DNA of 64,000 nucleotides, taken from a bacterium (lineage in GTDB: Bacteria; UBA8248). The stretch spans positions 512,001-576,000 of the forward strand of contig CBDBEV010000001.1 in assembly GCA_965204535.1 (NCBI GenBank), given 5' to 3'. Each line of letters begins with the position of its first letter. Within the stretch, counting starts at the first letter, position 1. Below, in pieces: positions 10,350 through 19,988 of this stretch. The position numbers and the translations under genes are program-made. The notes beneath the pieces are model-generated. The model did no database searches, was not told where the DNA came from, and worked only from the letters and a program-made list of their open reading frames with translations.

Positions 10350-11444
10350 ATGAGTTTTGAGAGGAAGACACTCGGGGTCGCCGTCATCGGCGCGGGGCGG
10401 ATGGGGACCCATCGCGCCCGAATGGCGTCCAAACATCCCGCGGTCCGGTTCCTGGCGATTTCGGATATCGACCCCGACCGCGCCAAGGCACTGGGCGAAG
10501 AGGTGGGAGCGCATTTCACCACAGGCGACAACGAGGAGGCGATATCCCACCCCGACGTCACCGCCGTCATCGTGTCCACACCCGAACCCAGGCACGTCGA
10601 GCCGATTCTGCAGACCATCGAGCGCGGAAAACGCGTCGTGGTCGAGACGCCCCTGGCCTTGAGCCTTGACGATGCGGACAGGCTTATCGATGCTTCCGCG
10701 CGCAGCGGCGTGGAACTGCACGTGAACTACAGCAAGCGCTACTCGCGCCACTACTTCCTCGGCAAGGAGCAGGTCGTGGAAGGCCGGCTGGGGCGGATCC
10801 TGGGCGGAACGGCCCGGGTGTACAATTCACGCGCGCAGGCCTTCGAGATCCTGAAGCGAACGGACGAGGTCACCCCGGTGGTCGACGTGCTGGTCTACTC
10901 GGTGGACATGATCTGCTGGCTCATGGAGGGGATCCGCCCCGTGGAGGTTTTCGCCCGCGGCCACGGGGTCGTTTTCGAAGAGGCCGGCTACCCCGGAATC
11001 GACGATACGACCTGGGCGATTCTCACGTTCGAGGACGGCGCCGTCTTCAGCCTGGGAATCTGCTACGCCCTGCCCTACAAATATCCCACGCTGGGGCAAG
11101 GCACCCGCCTCGAAGTCATCGGAAAGGAGGGGGTCCTGCTTTTCGACGAGGACAAGAAGGAGAACCTCCTCTATACGGAGAAGGGATATCCCCACGTCTA
11201 CGTCCCCGATCACCACATCAACACCGCGTTCCTGGGAACCAACTCCGCGGGCGATTGGGCGCTCGATCATATGTTCGGGCCCGTCGCCCACGAGACGCGC
11301 GCCTGGCTCGATTACCTTTCGACGGGGAATCCCTGCCTGCATCCGACCGCCAGAGAAGCGCGGCAGACGCTGGAAATCACCCTCGCGATCGACGAGTCCG
11401 CCCGGACCGGAAGGGCGATTGAACTGCCCTCGAGAGTCATCTGA
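10350..11444 (+). CDS. Gfo/Idh/MocA family oxidoreductase
   Basis: Rossmann motif VAVIGAGRMG, VIVSTPEPRH, and ETP at the usual EKP position. Confidence 0.88.
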   Translation: MSFERKTLGVAVIGAGRMGTHRARMASKHPAVRFLAISDIDPDRAKALGEEVGAHFTTGDNEEAISHPDVTAVIVSTPEPRHVEPILQTIERGKRVVVETPLALSLDDADRLIDASARSGVELHVNYSKRYSRHYFLGKEQVVEGRLGRILGGTARVYNSRAQAFEILKRTDEVTPVVDVLVYSVDMICWLMEGIRPVEVFARGHGVVFEEAGYPGIDDTTWAILTFEDGAVFSLGICYALPYKYPTLGQGTRLEVIGKEGVLLFDEDKKENLLYTEKGYPHVYVPDHHINTAFLGTNSAGDWALDHMFGPVAHETRAWLDYLSTGNPCLHPTAREARQTLEITLAIDESARTGRAIELPSRVI

Positions 11445-11508
11445 GAATCCCCCACTGCGCATATGACGCCCCTGACGCCATACGAACCATGCCTGCGGAA
11501 CGCATGGG

Positions 11509-13458
11509 ATGGAGAGGTTAGCCGTGCGCGATGACGCCCAGAGAAATTGGCTCGACCGCTTCGTCACCCGGACCACGGCCATTCCGCTGCCCCGGGACTT
11601 GCGCTCGAAGGGACTCCGCACCGTCGTAACGCTGGTTTCCGTCGCGTTTTCCCTTCTCTATATCTACTATGCCGGGTTCGGGTATTTCTCGCCCGAGAGC
11701 TTCATCTCGGGATACCTGGGTTTCACATTCGTCCTGGTATTCATCCTTTTTCCGGGGTCCGATAAAGCGCCGCGCGACCGGATTACCACAGTCGACGGGA
11801 TTCTGGTGTTGAGCACCGTCGCGGTCACTTACCATTACAACGTCTACTTCCCCATCCGCTACATCGAGCGATTCGGCGAGGCGCTCGTACACGACGTAAT
11901 TTTCGGCATCATGGCCATCGTTCTGGCCCTGGAGGCCTGCCGCCGCACGCTGGGCCCCGCCCTCCCGCTGATCTCGCTCGCCTTGATCGGATATTCCCTT
12001 TTCGGCCCCTACTTTCCGGGTCATCTGACGCACCAGGGAATCAGCCTCTGGGATACCGCGGCATGGCTCTACAGCAACCAGTCGATCTACGGCGTCATCA
12101 CGCGCATCTTCGCGAGTTTCGTATTTCTCTTCATCGTGTTCGGCGCGATTCTGGAGATGTCGGGAGGCAAGGAGCTCTTCCTCAATCTCCCGCTCTCGAT
12201 TATCGGGCGGACGCGGGGAGGCTCGGCGAAGCTCAGCGCCGTGGCGAGCGCGCTCTTCGGCATGATTTCGGGGAGTCCCACGGCGAACATCGTGGGCACC
12301 GGAACGCTCACCATCCCGCTGATGAAGCGCTCCGGGTTCCCGCCGCACGTCTCGGCCGCTTTCGAGGCCACGGCCTCGACCATCGGGGTGACCATGCCCC
12401 CGTTGATGGGCGCGGCCATATTCCTCATGGCGGATTTCACGGGAATCCCCTATCTGGAAATCGTCAAAGTATCCATACTGCCCTCGCTGTTGTTCATGCT
12501 CTCCCTCCTGGCGGTGGCCCACGTGTACGCCAGGAAGGCGGGCATCGAGGGATTGCCGCCCGAGGAGCTGGGGGATCCCTGGGAGATACTCAAAAACTAC
12601 TGGACCTTCGCGGTTCCCCTGGGTCTCATCTTCTACATGCTCGGCTCGGGCTACAGCCCGGATTACGCCGTGTTCGTCGCTATTCTGGGTGTGGCGGGGG
12701 CGAGTCTCCTCTCCAGGCACACGCGCCTGACGATTCCCCAATGGGCGAAAATCCTCGAGGTCGGCGCCCGGAGGTCGCTCACCGTCGGCGGACTGGCCGG
12801 ATGCCTGGGCATCATCATCGGGATCGTGTTCCGAACGGGAATCGGAACCAAGCTCTCGATTCTGGTGGTCGATCTGTCCGGCGGATATCTCATTCTGGCC
12901 GTCTTGCTGACCGCCCTGGTGACGTTCGTGCTGGGGATGGGCGTCTCCTCCATCACGGCCGACTACCTCCTCCTTTCGGTGCTGATCGCGCCTGCGCTGA
13001 TAGAACTCGGCGCGACGCCGATGGCGGCCCACCTTTTGATCATCTGGTATTCGCAGACTTCGAACCTGACGCCTCCAGTCTGCGGCGGCGCCTTCACCGC
13101 GGCCGCCATCGCAGGCGCCCACCCCTGGCGGACAGGGTTTTTCGCCTTCCGGATCGGGCTGTTCATCTACCTCATTCCCGTCGCCTTCGTTTTCGGCGAC
13201 CTCCTGAATCCGGGGCTGAACGTCTCCTTCATCTGGACGCTTTCGACGGCGGCCCTCTCGGCGATTTGCTTCGGCGGCGCCGTCATCGGCTACCTGACGG
13301 GCCCCCTGAATATATGGCAGAGGTTCCTGCTCGCGGCGGCGACGATCGCCTTGTTCGAACCGCATCTGCTCCTGGATTTCATCGGTATGGTTCTCCTGGC
13401 GCTGGTGGCAGGGTGGCAAATTCTCGGGAGAAGAGGGGCGAATCAGGAGGCCGCATGA
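11509..13458 (+). CDS. TRAP transporter fused permease (4TM/12TM, TAXI-associated)
   Basis: LEACRRTLG, GGSAK, GMISGSPTAN, MPPLMGAAIFLMA, LGMG, TPPV. Confidence 0.92.
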   Translation: MERLAVRDDAQRNWLDRFVTRTTAIPLPRDLRSKGLRTVVTLVSVAFSLLYIYYAGFGYFSPESFISGYLGFTFVLVFILFPGSDKAPRDRITTVDGILVLSTVAVTYHYNVYFPIRYIERFGEALVHDVIFGIMAIVLALEACRRTLGPALPLISLALIGYSLFGPYFPGHLTHQGISLWDTAAWLYSNQSIYGVITRIFASFVFLFIVFGAILEMSGGKELFLNLPLSIIGRTRGGSAKLSAVASALFGMISGSPTANIVGTGTLTIPLMKRSGFPPHVSAAFEATASTIGVTMPPLMGAAIFLMADFTGIPYLEIVKVSILPSLLFMLSLLAVAHVYARKAGIEGLPPEELGDPWEILKNYWTFAVPLGLIFYMLGSGYSPDYAVFVAILGVAGASLLSRHTRLTIPQWAKILEVGARRSLTVGGLAGCLGIIIGIVFRTGIGTKLSILVVDLSGGYLILAVLLTALVTFVLGMGVSSITADYLLLSVLIAPALIELGATPMAAHLLIIWYSQTSNLTPPVCGGAFTAAAIAGAHPWRTGFFAFRIGLFIYLIPVAFVFGDLLNPGLNVSFIWTLSTAALSAICFGGAVIGYLTGPLNIWQRFLLAAATIALFEPHLLLDFIGMVLLALVAGWQILGRRGANQEAA

Positions 13459-13495
13459 AGTTCCCGGATATGGCTGAACCAATGTTCCGTGGAGG

Positions 13496-15547
13496 GTGTA
13501 TCGGTTGTTTACGTTAGGCGTCGACATCGGTGGAACGTTCACCGACCTCGTGGCGGTCGATCCCGAGCGCGGCGAGGTGCGGACGGGTAAGATACCCTCG
13601 GTTTCGGATGAACCCGCAGGCGCCATCCTGGCGTGCCTGCAGGATCTCGGGATCGAAGGCGAGGAACTGGAGCGGATGATCCATGGAACCACCGTCGCCA
13701 CCAATGCGCTCCTGGAGCGGCGCGGCGCCGTGACGGCGCTGGTGACCACGCGCGGGTTCCGGGACGCCGTCGAAATCGGAAGATGCCGGCGGCTGGTCGA
13801 GGGCGGCATGTTCAACATCGGGTTCCGCCGCCCGCCGCCTCTGGTTCCCCGAAACTTGCGCGAGGAGGTGGACGAGCGCCTCCGGGCGAACGGAAGCGTC
13901 GAAGCCTCGCCCCGGCCGGAAGAGTTTCAGAGCGTAGCGGAAAATTTGAGACGAGAGGGTGTCGAGGCGGTGGCGGTGTGTTTTCTTCACTCCTACGAGA
14001 ATCCGGCTCACGAGGAAGCCGTCGGGCGGTGGTTGCGGGACCGGTTGGGGCCTGGGGTCTACATCTCGCTCTCAAGCTCCGTGAACCCCCAGTACCGCGA
14101 GTTCGAGCGGTTCTCCACAACGGTGGTAAACGCCTATGTCGGTCCGGCGGTGGGGCGGTATCTCTCGAAACTGAGAGACGAAGATATCGGGAAGCTGGAC
14201 AACGCGAACATTTACATCATGGGTTCGGCCGGCGGCGTGATGGATATCGACACGGCGGAGGACTTTCCGGTGCGGACCATCTTTTCGGGCCCTGCCGGCG
14301 GGGTCACCGCGGGGCGCTTTATCTCAGACGAACTCGAACTGCCGAATCTCATCACCTGCGACATGGGCGGAACGAGCGCGGACGTCGCCCTGCTCCTCAA
14401 AGACCGGATTCTGTACGCCGGAGATGCCGTCATCTCGGGGGTACCCGTCCGCGCCGCCCAGCTCGAGATTAAAACCGTCGGCGCGGGAGCCGGGAGCATC
14501 GTGTGGGTCGACGTCGACGGGGCGCTTTGCGTGGGACCCAGGAGCGCGGGTTCCTCGCCGGGTCCCGCCTGTTATGGATTCGGGGGAGAGGAGCCCACCG
14601 TCACCGACGCGAACGTCATCTTGAACCGGATCGGAGACGGCGCCCTTCTCGGCGGGAAAATACGGGTGGACGCCTCGCTGGCGCGGGAGGCGATGGCCCC
14701 GGTGCGGGAGGGGCTCAATTTCGGCTCGCTCGAAGAACTGGCCGAAGGGGCATTGAAAATTCTCGTGGCCCGGACGGTTCGGCTCATCCGCGAGATCTCG
14801 CTCGAACGGGGATTCGACCCGCGCGAATTCGCTTTCGCGGCCTTCGGCGGAGCAGGTCCCATGCACGCCGCGGCCATCGCGGATGAACTCGATATGGAAA
14901 CGGTCGTGGTTCCGTCTCACCCGGGGAATTTTTCCGCCCTGGGGCTCGTGATGGCGAAGATGCGCCGGGATGCGACCGCCACCTACCTCGAACGCTCCTC
15001 CACCCTCGACTTGGCGGATTTGCGCGGTCGGCTCGCAGAGATGGCCAGGGGGGTCGAGAGTCGCCTCCTTGCCGACGGCGTGCGGGAAGAAAGCATCTCT
15101 TTGTCGTGTTTTCTGGAGATGCGCTGTCTCGGGCAGGCTCACGAGATTCCCGTTCCCCTGGGGTCGTCACCGGAGCGGGTGGATCTGCCGGCCATCGAGG
15201 GCGCCTTCGGCAAGATTTATGCCGAGCGCTACGGCCGCGACCCGGACCCCGCGACCGAATGGGAGGTGATCTCGATCCAGATCATCGGCGAGGGAGAAGT
15301 CCGGGCGTATCCGGCGAAAACCTGGCGGGCAAAGCGCGGAGGCGGCGAAGGCCATAAGGAGATCAGGAAAGTCTGGTTTGAGGGGAAGTGGCGCGAAACT
15401 TCCGTATATGAGCGAAACGAGGTCGGGACTGGAGCGGTTGTGGAAGGTCCCGCCATCATGGAGGAGAGCGGAGCCACGACGGTGATTCCTCCCGGGTGGC
15501 GCGCTGCGGCCCACGAGAGCGGGCATCTGTTGCTGCGGCGCCTGTAG
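13496..15547 (+). CDS. Hydantoinase/oxoprolinase A subunit (ATP-binding)
   Basis: GVDIGGTFTD, HGTTVATNALLER, SGPAGGV, DMGGTS, FGGAGPMHA. Confidence 0.92.
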   Translation: MYRLFTLGVDIGGTFTDLVAVDPERGEVRTGKIPSVSDEPAGAILACLQDLGIEGEELERMIHGTTVATNALLERRGAVTALVTTRGFRDAVEIGRCRRLVEGGMFNIGFRRPPPLVPRNLREEVDERLRANGSVEASPRPEEFQSVAENLRREGVEAVAVCFLHSYENPAHEEAVGRWLRDRLGPGVYISLSSSVNPQYREFERFSTTVVNAYVGPAVGRYLSKLRDEDIGKLDNANIYIMGSAGGVMDIDTAEDFPVRTIFSGPAGGVTAGRFISDELELPNLITCDMGGTSADVALLLKDRILYAGDAVISGVPVRAAQLEIKTVGAGAGSIVWVDVDGALCVGPRSAGSSPGPACYGFGGEEPTVTDANVILNRIGDGALLGGKIRVDASLAREAMAPVREGLNFGSLEELAEGALKILVARTVRLIREISLERGFDPREFAFAAFGGAGPMHAAAIADELDMETVVVPSHPGNFSALGLVMAKMRRDATATYLERSSTLDLADLRGRLAEMARGVESRLLADGVREESISLSCFLEMRCLGQAHEIPVPLGSSPERVDLPAIEGAFGKIYAERYGRDPDPATEWEVISIQIIGEGEVRAYPAKTWRAKRGGGEGHKEIRKVWFEGKWRETSVYERNEVGTGAVVEGPAIMEESGATTVIPPGWRAAAHESGHLLLRRL

Positions 15548-15580
15548 GATGGGCAAAGGCGGGATTCATTCTCCCTTGAG

Positions 15581-15923
15581 GGGGTTGTTGAAAAAGTCCT
15601 CTCCGCCTCATCCTGAGTAGCGGCGGAACCGCGTATCGAAGGATGCCCTCTCGCCCGGCGCGAGGCGTTCGACCCCCCTCGCCGAAAGGCAACCCCCCCT
15701 ACCCCCCCTTGTCAGGGGGGTATAAAAAGGCGACGCCCGCCGTCGGTAGAGGGGCTTTTGTTTTTGTCAGAGGGGTATAAAAAGGCGATGCGCCCCCGCC
15801 GGGCTGAGGGGGTTTTGCTCTTTTTTGCCCCCCTGACAAGGGGGGGTAGGGGGGGTTGGTTTTATGGGATTTCCCTTTCAAGGGGGTTGCCATTACCCGC
15901 TCAGGGGCTTTTTCAAAAAGCCC
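15581..15923. repeat. MITE-like shell (same termini as 4314-4608) holding two other repeat families
   Basis: GGGGTTGTTGAAAAAG...CTTTTTCAAAAAGCCC. It contains CTCATCCTGAGTAG..CGTATCGAAGG and the inverted pair CCCCCTTGTCAGGGGG / CCCCCTGACAAGGGGG. Confidence 0.7.
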
Positions 15924-16070
15924 ATCGGGGCTCCGTTTCTTGCCAAATGATGCTCGGCGGGAGGTTGTAGTGCGGCGAGAGGATTCGAATATCTGGATTT
16001 CGAACATTTTCGGGGCCGGCCGGAAACTTTTCCGGGAATTGCGGCCTGCCATGAACGAAGAGGTGGAGAG

Positions 16071-17360
16071 ATGACTTCAAAAAAGGGGACAGATTTCCTC
16101 GAAAGGGCACGTTCTAGCCTCCCGGGCGGCTGGCTGGGGGACCTGACGCTTCCTGACGAGATGATGCTTATCGCTTCCCGCGGCGAGGGCAGCCGCCTTT
16201 ACGACGTGGATGGACGCGGTTACCTCGATTTCACGATGGGCGGGGGTTCCCTGATTCTGGGTCACGCCCATCCGGCCATCCTCGAGGCGGTGCGAAGGCA
16301 GATGGAACTCGGTTCGACTTACTATACGCTGAGCGATCGCTCCATCGAGTTGGCCGAGGAACTGGTGAAGGCGATTCCCTGCGCGGAACTGGTGCGTTTC
16401 GCTTCCACGGGCGGGGAGGCCACGTTCTACGCGCTGCGGCTGGCGCGCGCCTTCACCGGCAAGGAGAAAATTCTGAAATTCGAAGGGAGCTACATCGGCC
16501 ACAGCGATTACGGAATGATGAGCGTTTCCCCTCCGCGCCCGAACCTGTATCCGTCTCACCACCCCGATTCGGCCGGGATTCCCGCAGCAGTCCAGGAACT
16601 GGTCATCACGGCGCCCTTCAATAACGCCGATATCGCCTGCGGGCTGGTGGAAGAGCACGCCGGGGAACTCGCCGCCGTCATCGTCGAGCCCGTTCAGCGC
16701 TCCATTCCCCCGGCCCCGGGTTTTCTCGAAGGGCTCCGCCAGGTGACGGCCGAGCGCGGGGTGCTGCTCGTATATGATGAGGTGGTCACCGGGTTCCGGC
16801 TGGCCTACGGCGGGGCGCAGGAGTATTTCGGCGTCGTTCCCGATCTGGCGGCTTACGGCAAAGCCGTCGCGTGCGGATTTCCCTTGTCGGCGGTCGCGGG
16901 AAGAGCGGACGTGATGGAGTTGGCGGACCCCGTCCGAAAGGGGGAGCCGGAGTACGTCTACATCAGCGGTACGCTCTCGGGTAATCCGGTGTGCGCCGCC
17001 GCAGCGCTCGCCACCCTGGAGGAATTGTCCCGGCCCGGCGTCTACGACGGCTTGCGCAACATGGGGGACAGGTACCGCGGCGAGCTTGCGGCGTTGTTCG
17101 ACGAACACGGAGTTCCGGCCCGGGTGGAGGGAGTCGGGCCCTTTTTCCAGGTATTCTTCACGCCGAATCCCGTCACGGATTACCGGTCTCAGATTCAAGC
17201 CGACCGGAAGCGGTTCGAATCATTCGTCCGAAAAATGTTCGCGCAGGGCATTTTCATGAGCCGCAGGGCCAAGAACTATCTTTCCACGGCCCACGGCGAA
17301 TCGGACCTGGGCGAGTTCTTGGAAGCCGCGCGAGCCGTATGCGCCGGAGGCCTCGATTGA
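16071..17360 (+). CDS. Class III PLP aminotransferase (glutamate-1-semialdehyde aminomutase-like)
   Basis: GSRLYDVDG..YLDF, ILGHAHP, DEVVTGFR, PLP lysine in PDLAAYGKA, GTLSGNP. Confidence 0.9.
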   Translation: MTSKKGTDFLERARSSLPGGWLGDLTLPDEMMLIASRGEGSRLYDVDGRGYLDFTMGGGSLILGHAHPAILEAVRRQMELGSTYYTLSDRSIELAEELVKAIPCAELVRFASTGGEATFYALRLARAFTGKEKILKFEGSYIGHSDYGMMSVSPPRPNLYPSHHPDSAGIPAAVQELVITAPFNNADIACGLVEEHAGELAAVIVEPVQRSIPPAPGFLEGLRQVTAERGVLLVYDEVVTGFRLAYGGAQEYFGVVPDLAAYGKAVACGFPLSAVAGRADVMELADPVRKGEPEYVYISGTLSGNPVCAAAALATLEELSRPGVYDGLRNMGDRYRGELAALFDEHGVPARVEGVGPFFQVFFTPNPVTDYRSQIQADRKRFESFVRKMFAQGIFMSRRAKNYLSTAHGESDLGEFLEAARAVCAGGLD

Positions 17361-17362
17361 TC

Positions 17363-19423
17363 ATGAGCGACAACCGGACGATTCATGAGAGCGCCTCGGC
17401 CGACGCCGTTACGATCTCGGTCATTCAGGAACTCCTCGTCTCCGTGGTCCGCGAGATGCGGGTTACTTTTTCGAGAAGCGCCTTCTCGTCCATCATCAAC
17501 GAGGGACACGATTTCTCCTGTGCCCTTCTCTCGCCGGAGGGAGATTTGGTCGCCCAGTCGGAAGATCATCCCGGCCACATCTTCCCGATCTCCTACGCCG
17601 ACCGAGCGGTTTTCGAGCGCTACGCAGGCGACGTTCATCCGGGCGACGTTTTTCTCCTGAACGACCCCTATATCTGCGGAACCCACATGAACGACATGGC
17701 GATGTTCTGCCCCCGGTTTTTTGAGGGGCGCGCGCTCGCCTTCCCGGCGCTCCGCGCGCATTGGGGGGACGTCGGCGGCTCGGTGGCCGGCAGTCTCTCC
17801 GGTGACGCCTCCCACATCTTCATGGAGGGAATGATCGTCCCGCCCATCCGGCTCTATTCCCGGGGCGAGCTGAACCAGGAATGCCTGGAGGTCGTTCTCC
17901 GGAACATGCGGGGCCGCGAAGACAGGCATGGCGACCTGATGGCCATGCTCGGCACCTGCCGGCTGGCGCAGCGTCGCCTGGACGAAATCGAGGAGCGGTA
18001 TGGACGCGAAACGCTCCAGGCGGTGAACGATAATCTCATAGGCAGGGCGGAGAAACGGATGCGGGCGGCCATCAGCGCGCTCCCGGACGGAACATTCCAC
18101 TACGAGAACTATATCGACAACAGCGGGACGGGCGCCGAGCCGCTCAGAATTTCACTTCGCCTGCAGATTAAAGAAGATCAAATCCACTGTGATTTCAGCG
18201 GGACTTCCGGGCAGGTGAAAGGGCCTACGAATGCGGGCCCCGCCACGGTGGCCACGTCTTGCTTCATGGTGCTGAAATCGCTCCTGGATCCGGCGCTTAG
18301 CGTAAATGCGGGTTGTTTCCGCCCGCTCACGATGGAAGCCCCGGAAGGGTCTATTCTCAATGCGGAATTTCCCGCTCCGTTCGGGGGCGCTTCCGACGTG
18401 CGGCGCACGATTGAATCGTGCGTTCTGGGCGCGGCGGTTCAGGCGATGCCCGACCTTGCGGCGGGCGACACGAAGGGGGCGGCCAACCATTGCTACATCG
18501 CCGGCAGCCAACCAGACTCGGGCGAGGCCTTCCTCTACTATGAATATCCGGCGGGGGGCACGGGCGCTCTCGCGGGAAGCGACGGGGACCACGCCATCCG
18601 AACCTATACCGAAGGGGACTTCAACGCCGTCCAGCCGGTAGAGAGCCTGGAAGCCACGCTTCCGGTCCTCGTGGAGGAGAGCGGCCTTCGGGTCGGCTCC
18701 TGCGGCCACGGGGAGTGGCGCGGCGGTTTGGGAATGGAGCGGAGGGTCCGCCTGGAGACCGGCGGCGCGGGTCTCACCGTTTTGACGGACCGCGTGATCA
18801 TTCCGCCCTACGGGGTGGACGGCGGTACCTCGGGTGGAGGAAACCGGTTCACGGTGCACCGGGAGGGTTCAGAGGTGGAGCCTTCAGGCGTCCCCGGAAA
18901 GGCCACGGCCTTTCCGCTCAGGGAAGGCGATGCCGTCGTGCTGCGCTCCGCGGGTGGAGGAGGCTGGGGAGATCCGCTCGTCCGCACGCCTGAGGCGGTG
19001 CTGGCCGACCTCAGGCTGGGATACATCACGGTGGAGGATGCGCGGGAAGTCTATGGCGTGGTCCTGAAAGACGGGGCGATCGATGCGGCCGCGACCACCT
19101 CTGCGCGGGAGCGGCTCAGAAAATCCAGGATTTATCTCACCGTCCGCCTGAATGACGAGGACGCCTGCGGCGGCGCCAGGCGGCTTTGCCCGATGTCTCC
19201 CGAGACGGCGAGCGAAGGCGGATTTTCAGAGGGGATGCTCGTAGAGTATGTTCCGGCGCGGGGAGCGCCGCTCAGAGCCTGGGTTAAGATCACGCCGGGG
19301 CTGGCCACGGGGGAGACTCCCCTCGGACCCGTCGCGGCGAGCATCCTGAAACTACGGGAGGAGGAGCGAATATGGCTCCGGCCGATCCTGACGCCCTATT
19401 CGCACCCCCCGTTGGCCTCGTGA
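17363..19423 (+). CDS. Hydantoinase B/oxoprolinase subunit with C-terminal extension
   Basis: RSAFSSII.EGHDFS, PGDVFLLNDPY.CGTHMND, RAHWGDVGG, GGGGWGDP. Start at MSDN (17363). Confidence 0.92.
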   Translation: MSDNRTIHESASADAVTISVIQELLVSVVREMRVTFSRSAFSSIINEGHDFSCALLSPEGDLVAQSEDHPGHIFPISYADRAVFERYAGDVHPGDVFLLNDPYICGTHMNDMAMFCPRFFEGRALAFPALRAHWGDVGGSVAGSLSGDASHIFMEGMIVPPIRLYSRGELNQECLEVVLRNMRGREDRHGDLMAMLGTCRLAQRRLDEIEERYGRETLQAVNDNLIGRAEKRMRAAISALPDGTFHYENYIDNSGTGAEPLRISLRLQIKEDQIHCDFSGTSGQVKGPTNAGPATVATSCFMVLKSLLDPALSVNAGCFRPLTMEAPEGSILNAEFPAPFGGASDVRRTIESCVLGAAVQAMPDLAAGDTKGAANHCYIAGSQPDSGEAFLYYEYPAGGTGALAGSDGDHAIRTYTEGDFNAVQPVESLEATLPVLVEESGLRVGSCGHGEWRGGLGMERRVRLETGGAGLTVLTDRVIIPPYGVDGGTSGGGNRFTVHREGSEVEPSGVPGKATAFPLREGDAVVLRSAGGGGWGDPLVRTPEAVLADLRLGYITVEDAREVYGVVLKDGAIDAAATTSARERLRKSRIYLTVRLNDEDACGGARRLCPMSPETASEGGFSEGMLVEYVPARGAPLRAWVKITPGLATGETPLGPVAASILKLREEERIWLRPILTPYSHPPLAS

Positions 19424-19911
19424 GCGGGCTGACAAACTTACCCGTCGTCGGGCTCGGCCGCTGTACGGACAAGCTGTATATCGAATCAAAGAAGATGACC
19501 GATGATTACGGGACCACCCTGAACCTGCACCTTGCGGCCATGTTCGAGGAGGTGACGGACACGCGCATGCGCGGTGGCCGCCGGCCCGTCGAGAATTTGT
19601 ATCATTTGGGCGTGCTCGGGCCGAATACGGTTCTCGTTCACATGATTCACGTGAGCGAGCGGGAAATCGACATGTTGGCCGAAAAAGAGGCGCGGGTGAT
19701 TCACTGTCCCTCGACGGCGCTGAAGATTTCCTACGGCAACGCGGCGTTCGCAAGATTCCCGGAGATGCTGGCCAAAGGAGTCAATGTCGGAATCGGAAGC
19801 GACGCTTCGGATTGCTCGAACTATGCCGACATGATTCGCGTCATGTACCTCGCCGGCGTGCTGCCGAAGGATTACCGCTACGACCCCGACGCCGGTTCCC
19901 AGAAAGGATGA
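19420..19911 (+). pseudogene. Internal fragment of a metal-dependent amidohydrolase (AtzA/MtaD-like)
   Basis: LGVLGPNTVLVHMIHV, HCPS and VGIGSD are present. The N-terminal HxH region and the C-terminus are missing; only ~160 codons remain. Confidence 0.75.
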
Positions 19912-19975
19912 CGGCGGAATCGACCTGGATCAGGTCACCTCGATCACCATCGTTGACGTGGTCGACTATCATTGA
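19892..19975 (+). pseudogene. 3' remnant of a HigB/RelE-like toxin gene
   Basis: Reads PVPRKDDGGIDLDQVTSITIVDVVDYH*, the characteristic HigB-type C-terminus. It has no start and ends just before the higA RBS. Confidence 0.75.
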
Positions 19976-19988
19976 GGAGGTTTCGAAC

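Noticed and set aside
16071-17360. hemL (tetrapyrrole synthesis)
   Set aside because: The catabolic gene context points to a paralogue, so no gene symbol was assigned.
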